NCBI GenBank assembly: GCA_963674965.2
Contig: CAXXFL010000004.1
Coordinates: 320,001 to 384,000 of the forward strand
Length of the DNA: 64,000 bases
Direction of reading: 5' to 3'
Origin: a bacterium
GTDB lineage: Bacteria > RBG-13-61-14 > DATKZS01
Made by a program: the position numbers and the translations under genes. This document shows positions 1-10,700 of the stretch, in pieces (positions within the stretch are counted from its first letter, which is position 1; each line of letters opens with the position of its first letter). Under the pieces are notes generated by a model. The model was not told the DNA's origin. It saw nothing but the letters and a program-made list of their open reading frames with translations, and did no database searches.

Positions 1-378
1 AAGGCTTTCCTCGCCCTCACCGCACACCACCGCGTCAAGCGGAACGGGACACTCATTGAAAACGGCCGAGCCAACGGCCGAGGCGTGCGCCCCTCCAAGA
101 ACAAGGCGAGGGGCAACGGGCCGAAGGCGCTCGAGCACCGAAAAAGCGGACTCGAGGGTCGGCGTCATGGCGGTAAGTCCCACCACCTGGGGCGAAATCC
201 TTTTTACTGCCCGCTCGATCTCGGAGGGGCCAAGACCCAGGGCGTCCGCGTCGATAAGCTCTGTCTCGATACCCTCCTTTTTAAGCGCCGCCGAGAGGTA
301 AGCGAGCCCGATCGGAGGAGTGAGTATTCGCGCCGCCGTTCCCTCGGACACGGGAGGATTGATAAGGACCACGCTCAT
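1..378 (-). CDS. Cobalamin-binding domain protein, likely B12-dependent radical SAM (runs off window edge)
   Basis: Absent from the ORF track; hand translation gives MSVVLINPP..PPIGLAYLSAALKKEG..VVGLTAMT..LVLGGAHAS..DAVVCGEGEE, a typical B12-binding N-domain. ATG overlaps the upstream stop (ATGA). Confidence 0.85.
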   Translation of the reverse strand, partial: MSVVLINPPVSEGTAARILTPPIGLAYLSAALKKEGIETELIDADALGLGPSEIERAVKRISPQVVGLTAMTPTLESAFSVLERLRPVAPRLVLGGAHASAVGSAVFNECPVPLDAVVCGEGEESL

Positions 379-1418
379 GAGTTCTCCAGGGCCGCCATCT
401 CGCGCCGGCTTAGCCCGTAAGCCTTAAGCCACGCGGCCATGGTCCCGGGAGCCACGGCCCGTTTTCTTTTCCATTCCCGCCGAAGGGAAAGGTCGGTCCT
501 CGCTCGGCCAAGCGCCGCAAGGTAGGCCCTGCAAATGGACCATAAAACCGCCGGAATCGAGAAACCCTTCCCCGTTTTATCGTCCCCGTCGCCCGCCGCC
601 TTCCCGGCTACCTTTAACGCTCCTCTAAACATGGCCCAGTATCTCATCGCCGTAAAAATCGGGCTAAGCATGACGTAGCGCGCCGGGTAGTAGCGGATGA
701 GGATGGCGATCCTGTTCCGTTCCACCAGGTAGGCCTTGGCCGGGCTGATCATGCCAAGAGTGCCGCCCCCTCCCCGGTGGTAAACGTAAGCGTCGTCGGC
801 CAGCGCGCATTCATATCCCATCAGCCTCACCTTAAGGCCAAGGTCGGTGTCCTCGCTGTATGCGAAGAAATCCTCGTCAAAGCCGCCTATCCGGCTGAAA
901 ACCTCACGCTTTATCATCATGGCGCAGCCGCTGGGTAAGAGGACCGATGGACCAAAGACCTCCGCTTCCCTCCTGAAATGATACGCCCCCCTGCTCATTC
1001 CGTCCAGTCCCAGTTTGACTCCGACGTTGTCAAGCGCGCCGTCGTCGCGGCTAACCAAAATCCTGCACGCCGCCATGGCCGCGTTCCGCTCGAGTGAAAC
1101 GGCCCTCAAGGTCCGCTCGACCCAGCGGGGGTCCGCGACCGCGTCGTTATTGATAAGGGCCAGCCATTCTCCCGAGGCCTCCCTGGCCCCGGCGTTGTTG
1201 CCTCCCGCGAACCCAAGGTTCTCGTCCAGTTCCACAATCTTGACCCAGCCCCCGTGAGCGCGTCGGAGGAGGTCAGCGGAGCCGTCGCTGGACCCATTAT
1301 CCACGACGATTATCTCGTGAAGTGGGACCGTTTGACGGACCAGTGAATCCACGCACTCGATGAGCATGCGCGCCCGGTTATAGTTGACGACGATCGCGGA
1401 GACCGCGGGATACCGCAT
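375..1418 (-). CDS. Glycosyltransferase family 2
   Basis: SAIVVNYN, IIVVDNGSSDGS, NLGFAGGNN, INND, GGFDEDFFAYSEDTDL. Start moved to MRYPAV (TAATG overlap with upstream stop). Confidence 0.9.
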   Translation of the reverse strand: MRYPAVSAIVVNYNRARMLIECVDSLVRQTVPLHEIIVVDNGSSDGSADLLRRAHGGWVKIVELDENLGFAGGNNAGAREASGEWLALINNDAVADPRWVERTLRAVSLERNAAMAACRILVSRDDGALDNVGVKLGLDGMSRGAYHFRREAEVFGPSVLLPSGCAMMIKREVFSRIGGFDEDFFAYSEDTDLGLKVRLMGYECALADDAYVYHRGGGGTLGMISPAKAYLVERNRIAILIRYYPARYVMLSPIFTAMRYWAMFRGALKVAGKAAGDGDDKTGKGFSIPAVLWSICRAYLAALGRARTDLSLRREWKRKRAVAPGTMAAWLKAYGLSRREMAALENS

Positions 1419-2419
1419 TATTTCCCTCGTCTTTTCCGCGCCGCGGCGGCGTGAAAATCGGACCCGATAAGGCCCGAGGACTCGAGGTCCATCTCGAGAT
1501 CGCAAAGGCGTCCAAGCACCTCGAGGTCTTCTTCCCGATCCATGGCAAAATTACCCGCGATGCCGTCAAGAAGTGGATGAAGAAGGGCGCCTCCATAAGG
1601 CTGATCCTCGACCATATCAAACTTCTCCCGGACAAGCGGAAGAATTTCCTCCGACCTTATCGCCTCAAAAGGTGAATCGAGACCGCTACCGTCAACGGGT
1701 GGAACATAGACGCGCCTTTTATAGCCAAAGCCTTTCCTCAGGTCCTTGGCGTACCTTGGATAAAGGCTTTGCAAAACATCATTAATAACGCGCAACTGAT
1801 CTTTTTCCCACTGGAATTTCGACGGACCCACGTACTCGTTGAATATCAGGAGTCCTCCCGGCAACAGCGCCTTTTCAACCTCGGTCAGGACCCTCTCGAG
1901 ATTATCCACGTGATGGAGGCTACTCGCGAAAAAAACCACATTGTAGGACTCGGGCTCGAAACTCGCCTCGTTCACGTCGCATACCTCAAAAAATATCGGA
2001 GCGCCCTTTAATCTCGCCCGCGCCTTGGCGATAGCCTCACTGGACAGGTCGATCGAGTGGAAGCTTATCTCCGCGCCGAGTGAAAGGACGTGCTTCTCCA
2101 GGTCCCCAAAACCGCAGCCCACGTTCAAGGCTTTCCCTATCCCACCTGGCATATGCTTTTCAATAAAATACTCCAGCCAGTTCAAAATCGGATTTCCCGT
2201 TACTCTTATATTATTCCTTTCCCTGATAAAGGGATGATCCTGCCAATTGAGTATCTTGTCCTGGCCTCGGGAGATCGACCAATGCCTTGCCTCCTCCAGC
2301 GCGTGGTCTTCATTCCTCAAGGCCACCCGCGCCTGGTCCCTTAGCAATACATAAGCGCGCCAGGGCTGGTGGAGGGCCAAACCTACCGCCTTCTTGACCT
2401 TGATCCCGCGTGGCTTCAT
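1418..2419 (-). CDS. Class I SAM-dependent methyltransferase
   Basis: ALNVGCGFG motif I, IDLS, SLHHV, LLPGGLL. Confidence 0.85.
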   Translation of the reverse strand: MKPRGIKVKKAVGLALHQPWRAYVLLRDQARVALRNEDHALEEARHWSISRGQDKILNWQDHPFIRERNNIRVTGNPILNWLEYFIEKHMPGGIGKALNVGCGFGDLEKHVLSLGAEISFHSIDLSSEAIAKARARLKGAPIFFEVCDVNEASFEPESYNVVFFASSLHHVDNLERVLTEVEKALLPGGLLIFNEYVGPSKFQWEKDQLRVINDVLQSLYPRYAKDLRKGFGYKRRVYVPPVDGSGLDSPFEAIRSEEILPLVREKFDMVEDQPYGGALLHPLLDGIAGNFAMDREEDLEVLGRLCDLEMDLESSGLIGSDFHAAAARKRRGK

Positions 2420-3594
2420 CGTCTTTCCTCGATCAGCTCGCGGTAAAGGGAAGTGAGTTTTTCTCCTAGTTTGTCCATCGAGCGCTCATCCATGACTTTT
2501 TGCCTGCCCTCCCGGCCAAGCTTATCCCGAAGGTCCGCGTCATGGACAAGCCGAGAAACTCCCCTCGCCAGGGAGATAGCGTTTTGTTCTTGATCATCCG
2601 AAAGCTTCGCCCAAGCCGCAGACTCTCCAAGAAGTTCCCGGTTCAGGGGCGTGTCAAAAGCGACGACCGGCAACCCACAGGCCATATAATTGAGTACCTT
2701 GCCGTTCGATTCCGTCCGGGCGATTTTCGGCGCCAGGGCCAGATCGCCCAGGTTAAGATAATCGCGGGCCTGGAAATAATTCACCCTACCCGTGAAGGTC
2801 ACATGGTCTTCAACGCCCAGGGCGACGGCTTTTTCCGGATAATCTCCCAGAGGGTAGCCCATCACCAGGAAATGTACGTTCTCTTTTCTCTCGGCCATTA
2901 TTCCGGCGGCTTTTAAAATCAGGTCCACTCCCTGGTACTCGTTTATAAGGCCGAGATATACAATGATAGTCCGGTCTTGAGGCAAAGACAGGCCGCGTCT
3001 TAACTCATCGCGGGGGTCCCCGGGTCGAAAAGACTCCGAGTCCACGTGGTCCGCCATGGCGCGCGCCCTAAGGCCCCTGGCCGCCAGTTCCTTAGCCATA
3101 ACCTCGGCGCTGGTAATGACCGCGTCCGGCAGAGAGTCGATCATGCCCTCAATCTTCCTCAAGGCCCTGGCCTGCGCCTTATCCTTGGAAACGAAACCGT
3201 GATGCTCGCTTTCCGAGGTCATGCTGCCCTGATAATCGAACAACAAGGGAACGCGGAGTGACTTGCCGATAATATAACCGATAAGACATCCCTCGTGTAG
3301 ATGAGCGTGAATAACGTCGGGCTTATACTTCGCGGCCACAAAAAAGGCCTTGGCCAATAGCAGGGCGTCAAGATAGATTTTATGCCACGAGGGCCCCGCC
3401 TCCAATTTGTTGTAATTTGATATCCTTGGCGTCCTAGCCGTATCGACGCCGGGCGGGTCGTTTCCAATGGGGTAAGTAAGCACGACAACTTCGTGGCCGC
3501 GTTTTTGTAACGCCTTCACCTGTTCGTATATTCTTACGTGACAGCCTCGGTCGGAGAAAAACGGCGTTGGCGCTATCATCAACGCTTTATACAT
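2416..3594 (-). CDS. Glycosyltransferase family 4
   Basis: PDVIHAH, FTGRV, ESNGKVLNYMACGLPVVAFD. Confidence 0.9.
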   Translation of the reverse strand: MYKALMIAPTPFFSDRGCHVRIYEQVKALQKRGHEVVVLTYPIGNDPPGVDTARTPRISNYNKLEAGPSWHKIYLDALLLAKAFFVAAKYKPDVIHAHLHEGCLIGYIIGKSLRVPLLFDYQGSMTSESEHHGFVSKDKAQARALRKIEGMIDSLPDAVITSAEVMAKELAARGLRARAMADHVDSESFRPGDPRDELRRGLSLPQDRTIIVYLGLINEYQGVDLILKAAGIMAERKENVHFLVMGYPLGDYPEKAVALGVEDHVTFTGRVNYFQARDYLNLGDLALAPKIARTESNGKVLNYMACGLPVVAFDTPLNRELLGESAAWAKLSDDQEQNAISLARGVSRLVHDADLRDKLGREGRQKVMDERSMDKLGEKLTSLYRELIEERR

Positions 3595-4567
3595 CGGCCT
3601 TTTTCCAAATCTCCTTGACGATGTAAGTGGGCTTTTTCTGAGATTCGTAGTAGGTCCTGACCATGACCTCGCCGATCAGACCCAGCATAAGAAGCTGAGT
3701 GCCCACGATCGAGAAAAGAACGCCGATGATGAGGAAAGGGTTTCCGGTCATATCGGTCCCCGAGGCGAATTTCATAATCAGGAGCAGGGCGAAGGATATG
3801 ATCCCGAGGAAAATGGAGGTCAACCCTACCAGGCCGAAAAAATGCGAAGGTCTCGTGAAATAACCCGAGAAAAACTTGAGCGTCACAAGATCTAGTATTA
3901 CGCTCAAGGCGCGCCAGTTGGTGTATTTCGATTTGCCCGAGACGCGGGCATGGTGCTTGACTTCGACCTCAACGATCGACGCGCCCATCAGGTGAGCGAG
4001 AACGGGAATCATGCGGTGCATCTCGCCGTATAAGGATATCTCCCTGATTATCTCCTTGCGATACGCCTTGAGAGTGCAACCGAAGTCTTTAATCTTCACC
4101 CCCGTGAGAATTCTTATAAGAAAATTGCCTAATATCGAAGGCAGTCGCCTCATGATAAAGGAGTCTTTGCGGTCACGCCTCCAGCCGTTGACCACGTCGT
4201 AACCCTCTTCCAGCTTGGCAAGCATCATCGGTATATCGCTCGGGTCGTTTTGGCCGTCCCCGTCCATGCTGATGATCATCTCGCCGCGGGCGTGATCGAA
4301 ACCGGCGGCAAGAGCTGCCGTCTGTCCAAAGTTCCTCCTGAAAGATATCACCGTGACCGAACCGTCATGATCGGAAATATTCTTAAGCGCCTCGCGAGTG
4401 CCGTCAACGCTGCCGTCGTCAATAAATACTATCTCGGTCTCTCCATCTATTTTTTCGCAAGCGGATTTGATCTTGTTGTAAACTCCCACCACGTTGCGGT
4501 TCTCGTTGAAAAAAGGGACAACAATGGTCAGATAGCAGGAAGATTTTTTATCGGGTGGATAGGCCAT
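3587..4567 (-). CDS. GT2 polyprenol-phosphate glycosyltransferase (ArnC/GtrB-like)
   Basis: IVVPFFNE, DDGSVDGT, RNFGQTAA, MDGDGQNDP, two C-terminal TM helices. Confidence 0.9.
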   Translation of the reverse strand: MAYPPDKKSSCYLTIVVPFFNENRNVVGVYNKIKSACEKIDGETEIVFIDDGSVDGTREALKNISDHDGSVTVISFRRNFGQTAALAAGFDHARGEMIISMDGDGQNDPSDIPMMLAKLEEGYDVVNGWRRDRKDSFIMRRLPSILGNFLIRILTGVKIKDFGCTLKAYRKEIIREISLYGEMHRMIPVLAHLMGASIVEVEVKHHARVSGKSKYTNWRALSVILDLVTLKFFSGYFTRPSHFFGLVGLTSIFLGIISFALLLIMKFASGTDMTGNPFLIIGVLFSIVGTQLLMLGLIGEVMVRTYYESQKKPTYIVKEIWKKADV

Positions 4568-4696
4568 TATGAAAACTCCATCAGTGAAGCGCTAATTATG
4601 ATATTCGGAGCGATTATCTATTAATAAGACAACGGTTTGCGAATAAAGTTTATCGTTCTTTTTCGCTCGGTTACTATCTTATTACACTTCCAGAAT

Positions 4697-4732
4697 AAAA
4701 AAAAGCGGCGCTCCATGAGGAACGCCGCTTTT
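4697..4732 (-). terminator. Intrinsic terminator of the giant surface-protein gene
   Basis: Minus strand AAAAGCGGCGTTCC-TCAT-GGAGCGCCGC-T8, ~17 nt after the stop. Confidence 0.85.
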
Positions 4733-4749
4733 GGCTGTTGGTTTTACAA

Positions 4750-7700
4750 TTACTTGTAAACGACGAAGGTCGAGTCGCTGGCGACCTGGGTCTGAGCCAG
4801 ATCGACCTGCTGGACGTCGAAGTTGTTCCAGTCGAAGAGACCGGACTCGATTCCGCCGTACTCGTAATCATTAGTGTTGTAGACCAAGGTCGCGATCCGC
4901 CAGGATAGCTGCGTGGCGTTGCCGGCCGCTATGCCGTCGAACAGATCGGGGATTACGCCGGTGACGCCGTTAAGAGTCGTCGCTCCCGGGTCCACGTCGG
5001 GGACGTGAACGGTGATGGTGGCGCTGTCCAGGACTGGTCCGCTTACCGACCAGAAGTCGTTCTCTTTGCAGTGATAGCCGCCGGGAGGTCCGCCGGCCCA
5101 CTCGTCGATGATGCACATGCCGCGAGCCTGAGCGCGGATAACCCTGTAACGGATCAGGTTATCGCCCTCGAGACCCAGAGCGCTCCAGTCGGCGTTGACC
5201 GTCAAGAGCTCGTTGCTGAGCACTCCGGTGATCCTGCGCCTGGTGTTAAGCACGTTATGGCGCTCGCTGTTGATCCAGAGGGAGTCTCCAACCTGAACGC
5301 CCGCGTCCATAAACCTGGGGCCGTAGGAGCCCTGGGTGTCCTGGAAGTAACGAATGCCGCCGGTGGTATAAGCCCTGCCGTAGATGCTCGAAACCTTGGC
5401 CTTCGCGGAGAACTTGTCCTCGAAAGCGTTCGAGGTGCTTCCGTTGATGGTCATCACGTCCGCCTCGTACAGGGTGGATTCCCAGGCGTGTAGGGTCCTT
5501 GAAGTGTTGTTCACGAATCCGTTCACGCGGAACCTGAGGAAGAGCCTGTTCCAGTCGTCGCTGGTGTCGGCGATCATGGAGTTGCCCGCCAGGGTGGTGG
5601 TCATGTCCCTTCTCAACTCGCCGTTCCTGTTGCAGGTGGTCGAGTTGTTCGGGGTGTTGGACCACTGAGGGGCCGGATAGATGTAGCGGTCCGGGGACGG
5701 AGTGATGGCCCTGGGAAGGTTCAGGAAGTCGTCGATACGGATGTTCTCGTTGCCGCTGGACTCGGGAGCACCGATGCTCCAGACGGTGACGAGCGAACCG
5801 GGGTTCGATCCGATTTCGAGAAGTCCGCCTTCAACCAGGCCCGCGTCGCCGGTCGGCGTGTTGGTGAGCGATCCTCTGGAGAGCACGTGGATGACCGCGT
5901 AGTTGGTGGGACCGCCGTCCTGCCTGGCCTGGAAGTCAATATAGGCCCCAGGCTCGGCCCAGGTCGAATTGAGACCGGAGTGCTGAATGCTCACGACCTC
6001 GGTGTCGGCGCTGCCGGACCAAGGCCTGATGTCGCGGCTGCCCATCTTGGTGCCGGACGACTGGAAGAAGCCAACCTGGAAGATGGTGAACTCGGCGTCG
6101 TCGATCTTGATGTTGAGGGAAAGACCCGTAACGCCAATACCGGTTCCCACGCCGAAGTCCGCGCCGCTGGCTATGATCTGACTCTTCCTGTAGAAGCGGT
6201 CGTCCCAATCGGTGCCAAGCTCGGAGTCGGTGCGGTTGGGTATGGCGTACTGGTAGCCAAGCTGCCTAACCGAGTCTCTCCTGGCCGGGTCGATGGGAAG
6301 GTCCGAGTCGACGGTGAAGAGTATCTTCCGGTTGACGCCGGTGTCCGGGTCGTAGCCGTAGACGTCATTGTCCCAGTTTTCACGAATGTTGTATCTAAAG
6401 TTGGCCGCCGTGCCGGTGGCGATGATGGTCTCGCCGTTTATCAGGCCGGCGGGCACCGTGGCCTGGGTTAGGCCGATCGCGCATCCGTAGATCGGGAACG
6501 CGAAGAGGTCCAGACCGCCCGTAACCGAGAAGTTGGTGGCGTTGGCCAAGGCGCCAACGTTCCAGACTATCCTGTTTTCACCCGGAGTGTAGGTCCAGAT
6601 TTCCCACGAGGTCTTACCCGGATTGCTGGTCCAACTGTTGCAAGGCACGGTCCAGTTGTTGCGCACGATCTCGGGAGCGACGAGGTTGACGGGCAAAGCG
6701 GCTTTCAGGGCCACCTCGATGCTGTCAAGGTTGTCCAGACACAGGGATATGGATATCTCGTTGTCGGGCGTCATGAGAAGGTTGTCAAGGCCGCCGCTGA
6801 TCTGGTCGGTGCTCTTGAGCGTGGGAATCACGATGGCGGCGCGCAGGTAGACCGGGGGCGCGAAGAGCCGCCTGGCCCTTTCTTGCCTTTGAGCCGCGAT
6901 GTTGCTGTTAAAGGAAGCTATTGGGATGCTGCCCTGAATCCTGCCTTTGTACCTGCCGATCTGGGCGCCCTTGTTGAGCTTGAGATCGAGAGCGAGGTCG
7001 CTGGCGTCAAGGCCGTACCAGCTACGATACGCGAAGTTGCTGTAGTTGCCCGCGCGATACTGAGCAAGGCTGGCGCCTTCCTCCATCTTCGGGCAACGCT
7101 CGCCGCCGCACTTGTAGCCCATGGTAATCTCGTCGATGGGCAGAGGATCGAGGGTCATGGTCAGGTTGCCGGTGGCGTCCGTGAAGTATTCCCTCAGCGT
7201 GCCGCCCTGGATGACCTGGACGTAGACCTTGCCGGCGATAGGAATGTTCCTGTCGTTGTCAACGGCGGTCAGGGTGACCGTGCCGTCGCCGACGCTCGAG
7301 GCGCCACTGTCGTAATCGAGGCCGCCCACGTAGCCGCCGCCAACGCCGCCGGTGCTGGGAGCGCTGGACCAGGCCGTGTGCAGGCTGCCACTGGCGCTGT
7401 CGTTGCCATAGGCGTTGCTGACCGCGATCGAGCAGTTGTAGTCGTCGTCGCCGTTGTAAGAGCTAGTCGGCACGCACTGGGCGTCCGGCCAGTTGGTCAG
7501 GTTGCAGTTGAAGTTCACAACCGAGGAGTCCGACACCGAGGTGCAGGTCACGGTCGAACCGGTCGGCTGTCCTTCTCCAGCGTCGAATACCACCGTCAGG
7601 TTCTGGTTAACGTGAGCGTTCAGCCTGAACCTGTCAGCGTAATCCAGCGGGAACACCGACAGAATCACCGGGGCTGAGCCGCCGCTTACTATGATATCGG

Positions 7701-10700
7701 TCTCGTCATATCCGCCGGCATAAGTGGCGGAAATCGTTGCCGATCCGGGAGTACTCCCAGCAGAATAGGTCGGATTGGAGAAACTTCCGACGCCGGAATG
7801 ACTAAGAGAGGCGCCGCAGTCATCCACGCAACCATCGCCAAAGTCGGCCGAGCAGGAGAAAACGGTCGATCCACCGGTCGATAAAGTAACGGTGCTGTCC
7901 GGCTGCACGTCCACGGTGGCCGTGGTCTCGTTGTTGATGGCCTGGGCGGTGAAGTCGTCGTTGATCGCGCCGCCGCAGGTGGCCGTGTAGGTGTAGTCGC
8001 CGCAAGCCTCGTCGGTCACGTTGTCCGTGTCGTCGCAGCCCTGGCCGTCGGTGCAAAGGCAGGTGGCCACGCCGCGGTCGCAACCGTCAACGCTGGACTC
8101 GTAGTTGGCCGTGCAGTTGATGGCCGTGCCGTCGTTAACGTCCGAGCAGGAGCCAACGACCGAGTCGGCCGCGTCGTTGTCCGTAAAGGACGCCGTGAAG
8201 TCGTCGTTGATCGCGCCGCCGCAGGTAGCCGTGTAGGTACCCGGGGCGCAGCCCTCGTCAACCACGTTGTCAACGTCGTCGCAGCCCTGGCCGTCAGAGC
8301 ATACGCAGGAAGCCGCGCCGCGGTCGCAACCGTCAACGCTGGACTCGTAGTTGGCCGAGCAGGAGATGGCGTCGCCGTCGTCAACGCTCGAGCAAGAACC
8401 CACGACCGCGTCGGCCGCGTCGTTGTCGGTGTAAGAGGCGGAGAAGTCGTCGTTGAGGGTCGAGCCGCCGCAGGTAGCCGTGTAGGTACCCGGGGCGCAG
8501 CCCTCGTCAACCACGTTGTCAACGTCGTCGCAGCCCTGGCCGTCAGAGCATACGCAGGAAGCCGCGCCGCGGTCGCAACCGTCGACGCTGGACTCGTAGT
8601 TGGCCGAGCAGGAGATGGCATCGCCGTCGTCAACGCTCGAGCAGGAACCCACGACCGCGTCGGCCGCGTCGTTGTCCGTGTAAGAGGCGGAGAAGTCGTC
8701 GTTGAGGGTCGAGCCGCCGCAGGTAGCCGTGTAGGTACCCGGGGCGCAGCCCTCGTCAACCACGTTGTCAACGTCGTCGCAGCCCTGGCCGTCAGAGCAT
8801 ACGCAGGAAGCCGCGCCGCGGTCGCAACCGTCGACGCTGGACTCGTAGTTGGCCGAGCAGGAGATGGCATCGCCGTCGTCAACGCTCGAGCAGGAACCCA
8901 CGACCGCGTCGGCCGCGTCGTTGTCCGTGTAAGAGGCGGAGAAGTCGTCGTTGAGGGTCGAGCCGCCGCAGGTAGCCGTGTAGGTACCCGGGGCGCAGCC
9001 CTCGTCAACCACGTTGTCAGTGTCGTCGCAGCCCTGGCCGTCAGAGCAGGTGCAGGAAGCCGCGCCGCGGTCGCAACCGTCGACGCTCGACTCGTAGTTG
9101 GCCGAGCAGGAGATGGCGTCGCCGTCGTCAACGCTCGAGCACGAACCCACGACCGCGTCGGCCGCGTCGTTGTCCGTGTAAGAGGCGGAGAAGTCGTCGT
9201 TGAGGGTCGAGCCGCCGCAGGTGGCCGTGTAGGTACCCGGGGCGCAGCCCTCGTCAACCACGTTGTCCGCGTCGTCGCAGCCCTGGCCGTCAGAGCAGGT
9301 GCAGGAAGCCGCGCCGCGGTCGCAACCGTCAACGCTGGACTGGTAGTTGGCCGAGCAGGAGATGGCGTCGCCGTCGTCAACGCTCGAGCACGAACCCACG
9401 ACCGCGTCGGCCGCGTCGTTGTCCGTGTAAGAGGCGGAGAAGTCGTCGTTGAGGGTCGAGCCGCCGCAGGTCGCCGTGTAGGTACCCGGGGCGCAGCCCT
9501 CGTCAACCACGTCGTCAACGTCGTCGCAGCCCTGGCCGTCAGAGCAGGTGCAGGAAGCCGCGCCGCGGTCGCAACCGTCAACGCTGGACTGGTAGTTGGC
9601 CGAGCAGGAGATGGCGTCGCCGTCGTCAACGCTCGAGCAGGAACCCACGACCGCGTCGGCCGCGTCGTTGTCCGTGTAAGAGGCGGAGAAGTCGTCGTTG
9701 AGGGTCGAGCCGCCGCAGGTGGCCGTGTAGGTACCCGGAGCGCAGCCCTCGTCAACCACGTCGTCAACGTCGTCGCAGCCCTGGCCGTCAGAGCAGGTGC
9801 AGGAAGCGGCGCCGCGGTCGCAACTGTCGGCCGAGGACTCGTAGTTGGCCGTACAGGAGATGGCCTCGCCGTCGTCAACCGCCGAGCAGGAGCCGACAAC
9901 CGTGTCGGCCACGTCGTCGTCGGCCACGTCCACGGTGGCGCCGTCGCTGAGGGAGCTGTAATCCGCGGTAACCACGCACTGGTAGGCGGAGCATCCCTCG
10001 GGGGCCTGAATGAGGCCGGCGCTAAGCAGGGTGCATCCACCGCTAACGCCCCAGGTGGCGGCCGAGGTCACGTCGCCGTCCACGCTGTGGGTTGCGGTAA
10101 GGGAGAGGGTCTCGCCGTCGTTGATCGACGCGGTCGAGGGGGCGACGGTGAGAGTGGCTGGAGGCACGGAGCCTCCTGGCAGAACGCTTACGAGCGCTCC
10201 GAGTATCTGCGTGTCGAACCTTCCGCCCTGTACTCCAAACTCGGAGTCGGCCGGAATGCGGGCCTGCACCTCGATGGTGTTGCCGCAGGTCATCTTGTGC
10301 AGGATGACGGAGGCGGGAGCGGCGGTGGCGCCGTTCCAGGCCCCGGTGTATCCGTAGGCCGCGGCCTCGGTAACCGTCTGGTTCTTGCCGCCGAAGGCGA
10401 CGGGCGTCGGGTCGAGGCCCTCGATGCGGGCCGCCGTGCATCCGCCCACCACCTCGAACACGACTCCCCAGCCGGCGCCGGGAATATTGGCCGTGTTGGC
10501 GGAGACGTTGCGCCTGTAGACGATCGCCTCGAGGGTAATGGTGTCGGCAGTTCCCATGTCGATGACGGTGGCTCCGTCAACGAGCGTCCAGGGCGCGCCG
10601 CTGTAGGCTATGCCCGTCGGGTAGGCCAGGTTAACCCAACCCTGTAGTCTCGAATAATCGAGAGGTGAAACGTTCTGGTCGCCGTCAAGGTCCTGGACTT

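Noticed and set aside
7930-9900. Regular repeats as a CRISPR array; 674-aa Thr/Arg/Pro ORF 8016-10040
   Set aside because: The period is a multiple of 3 with no unique spacers; the second ORF is an alternate-frame shadow.
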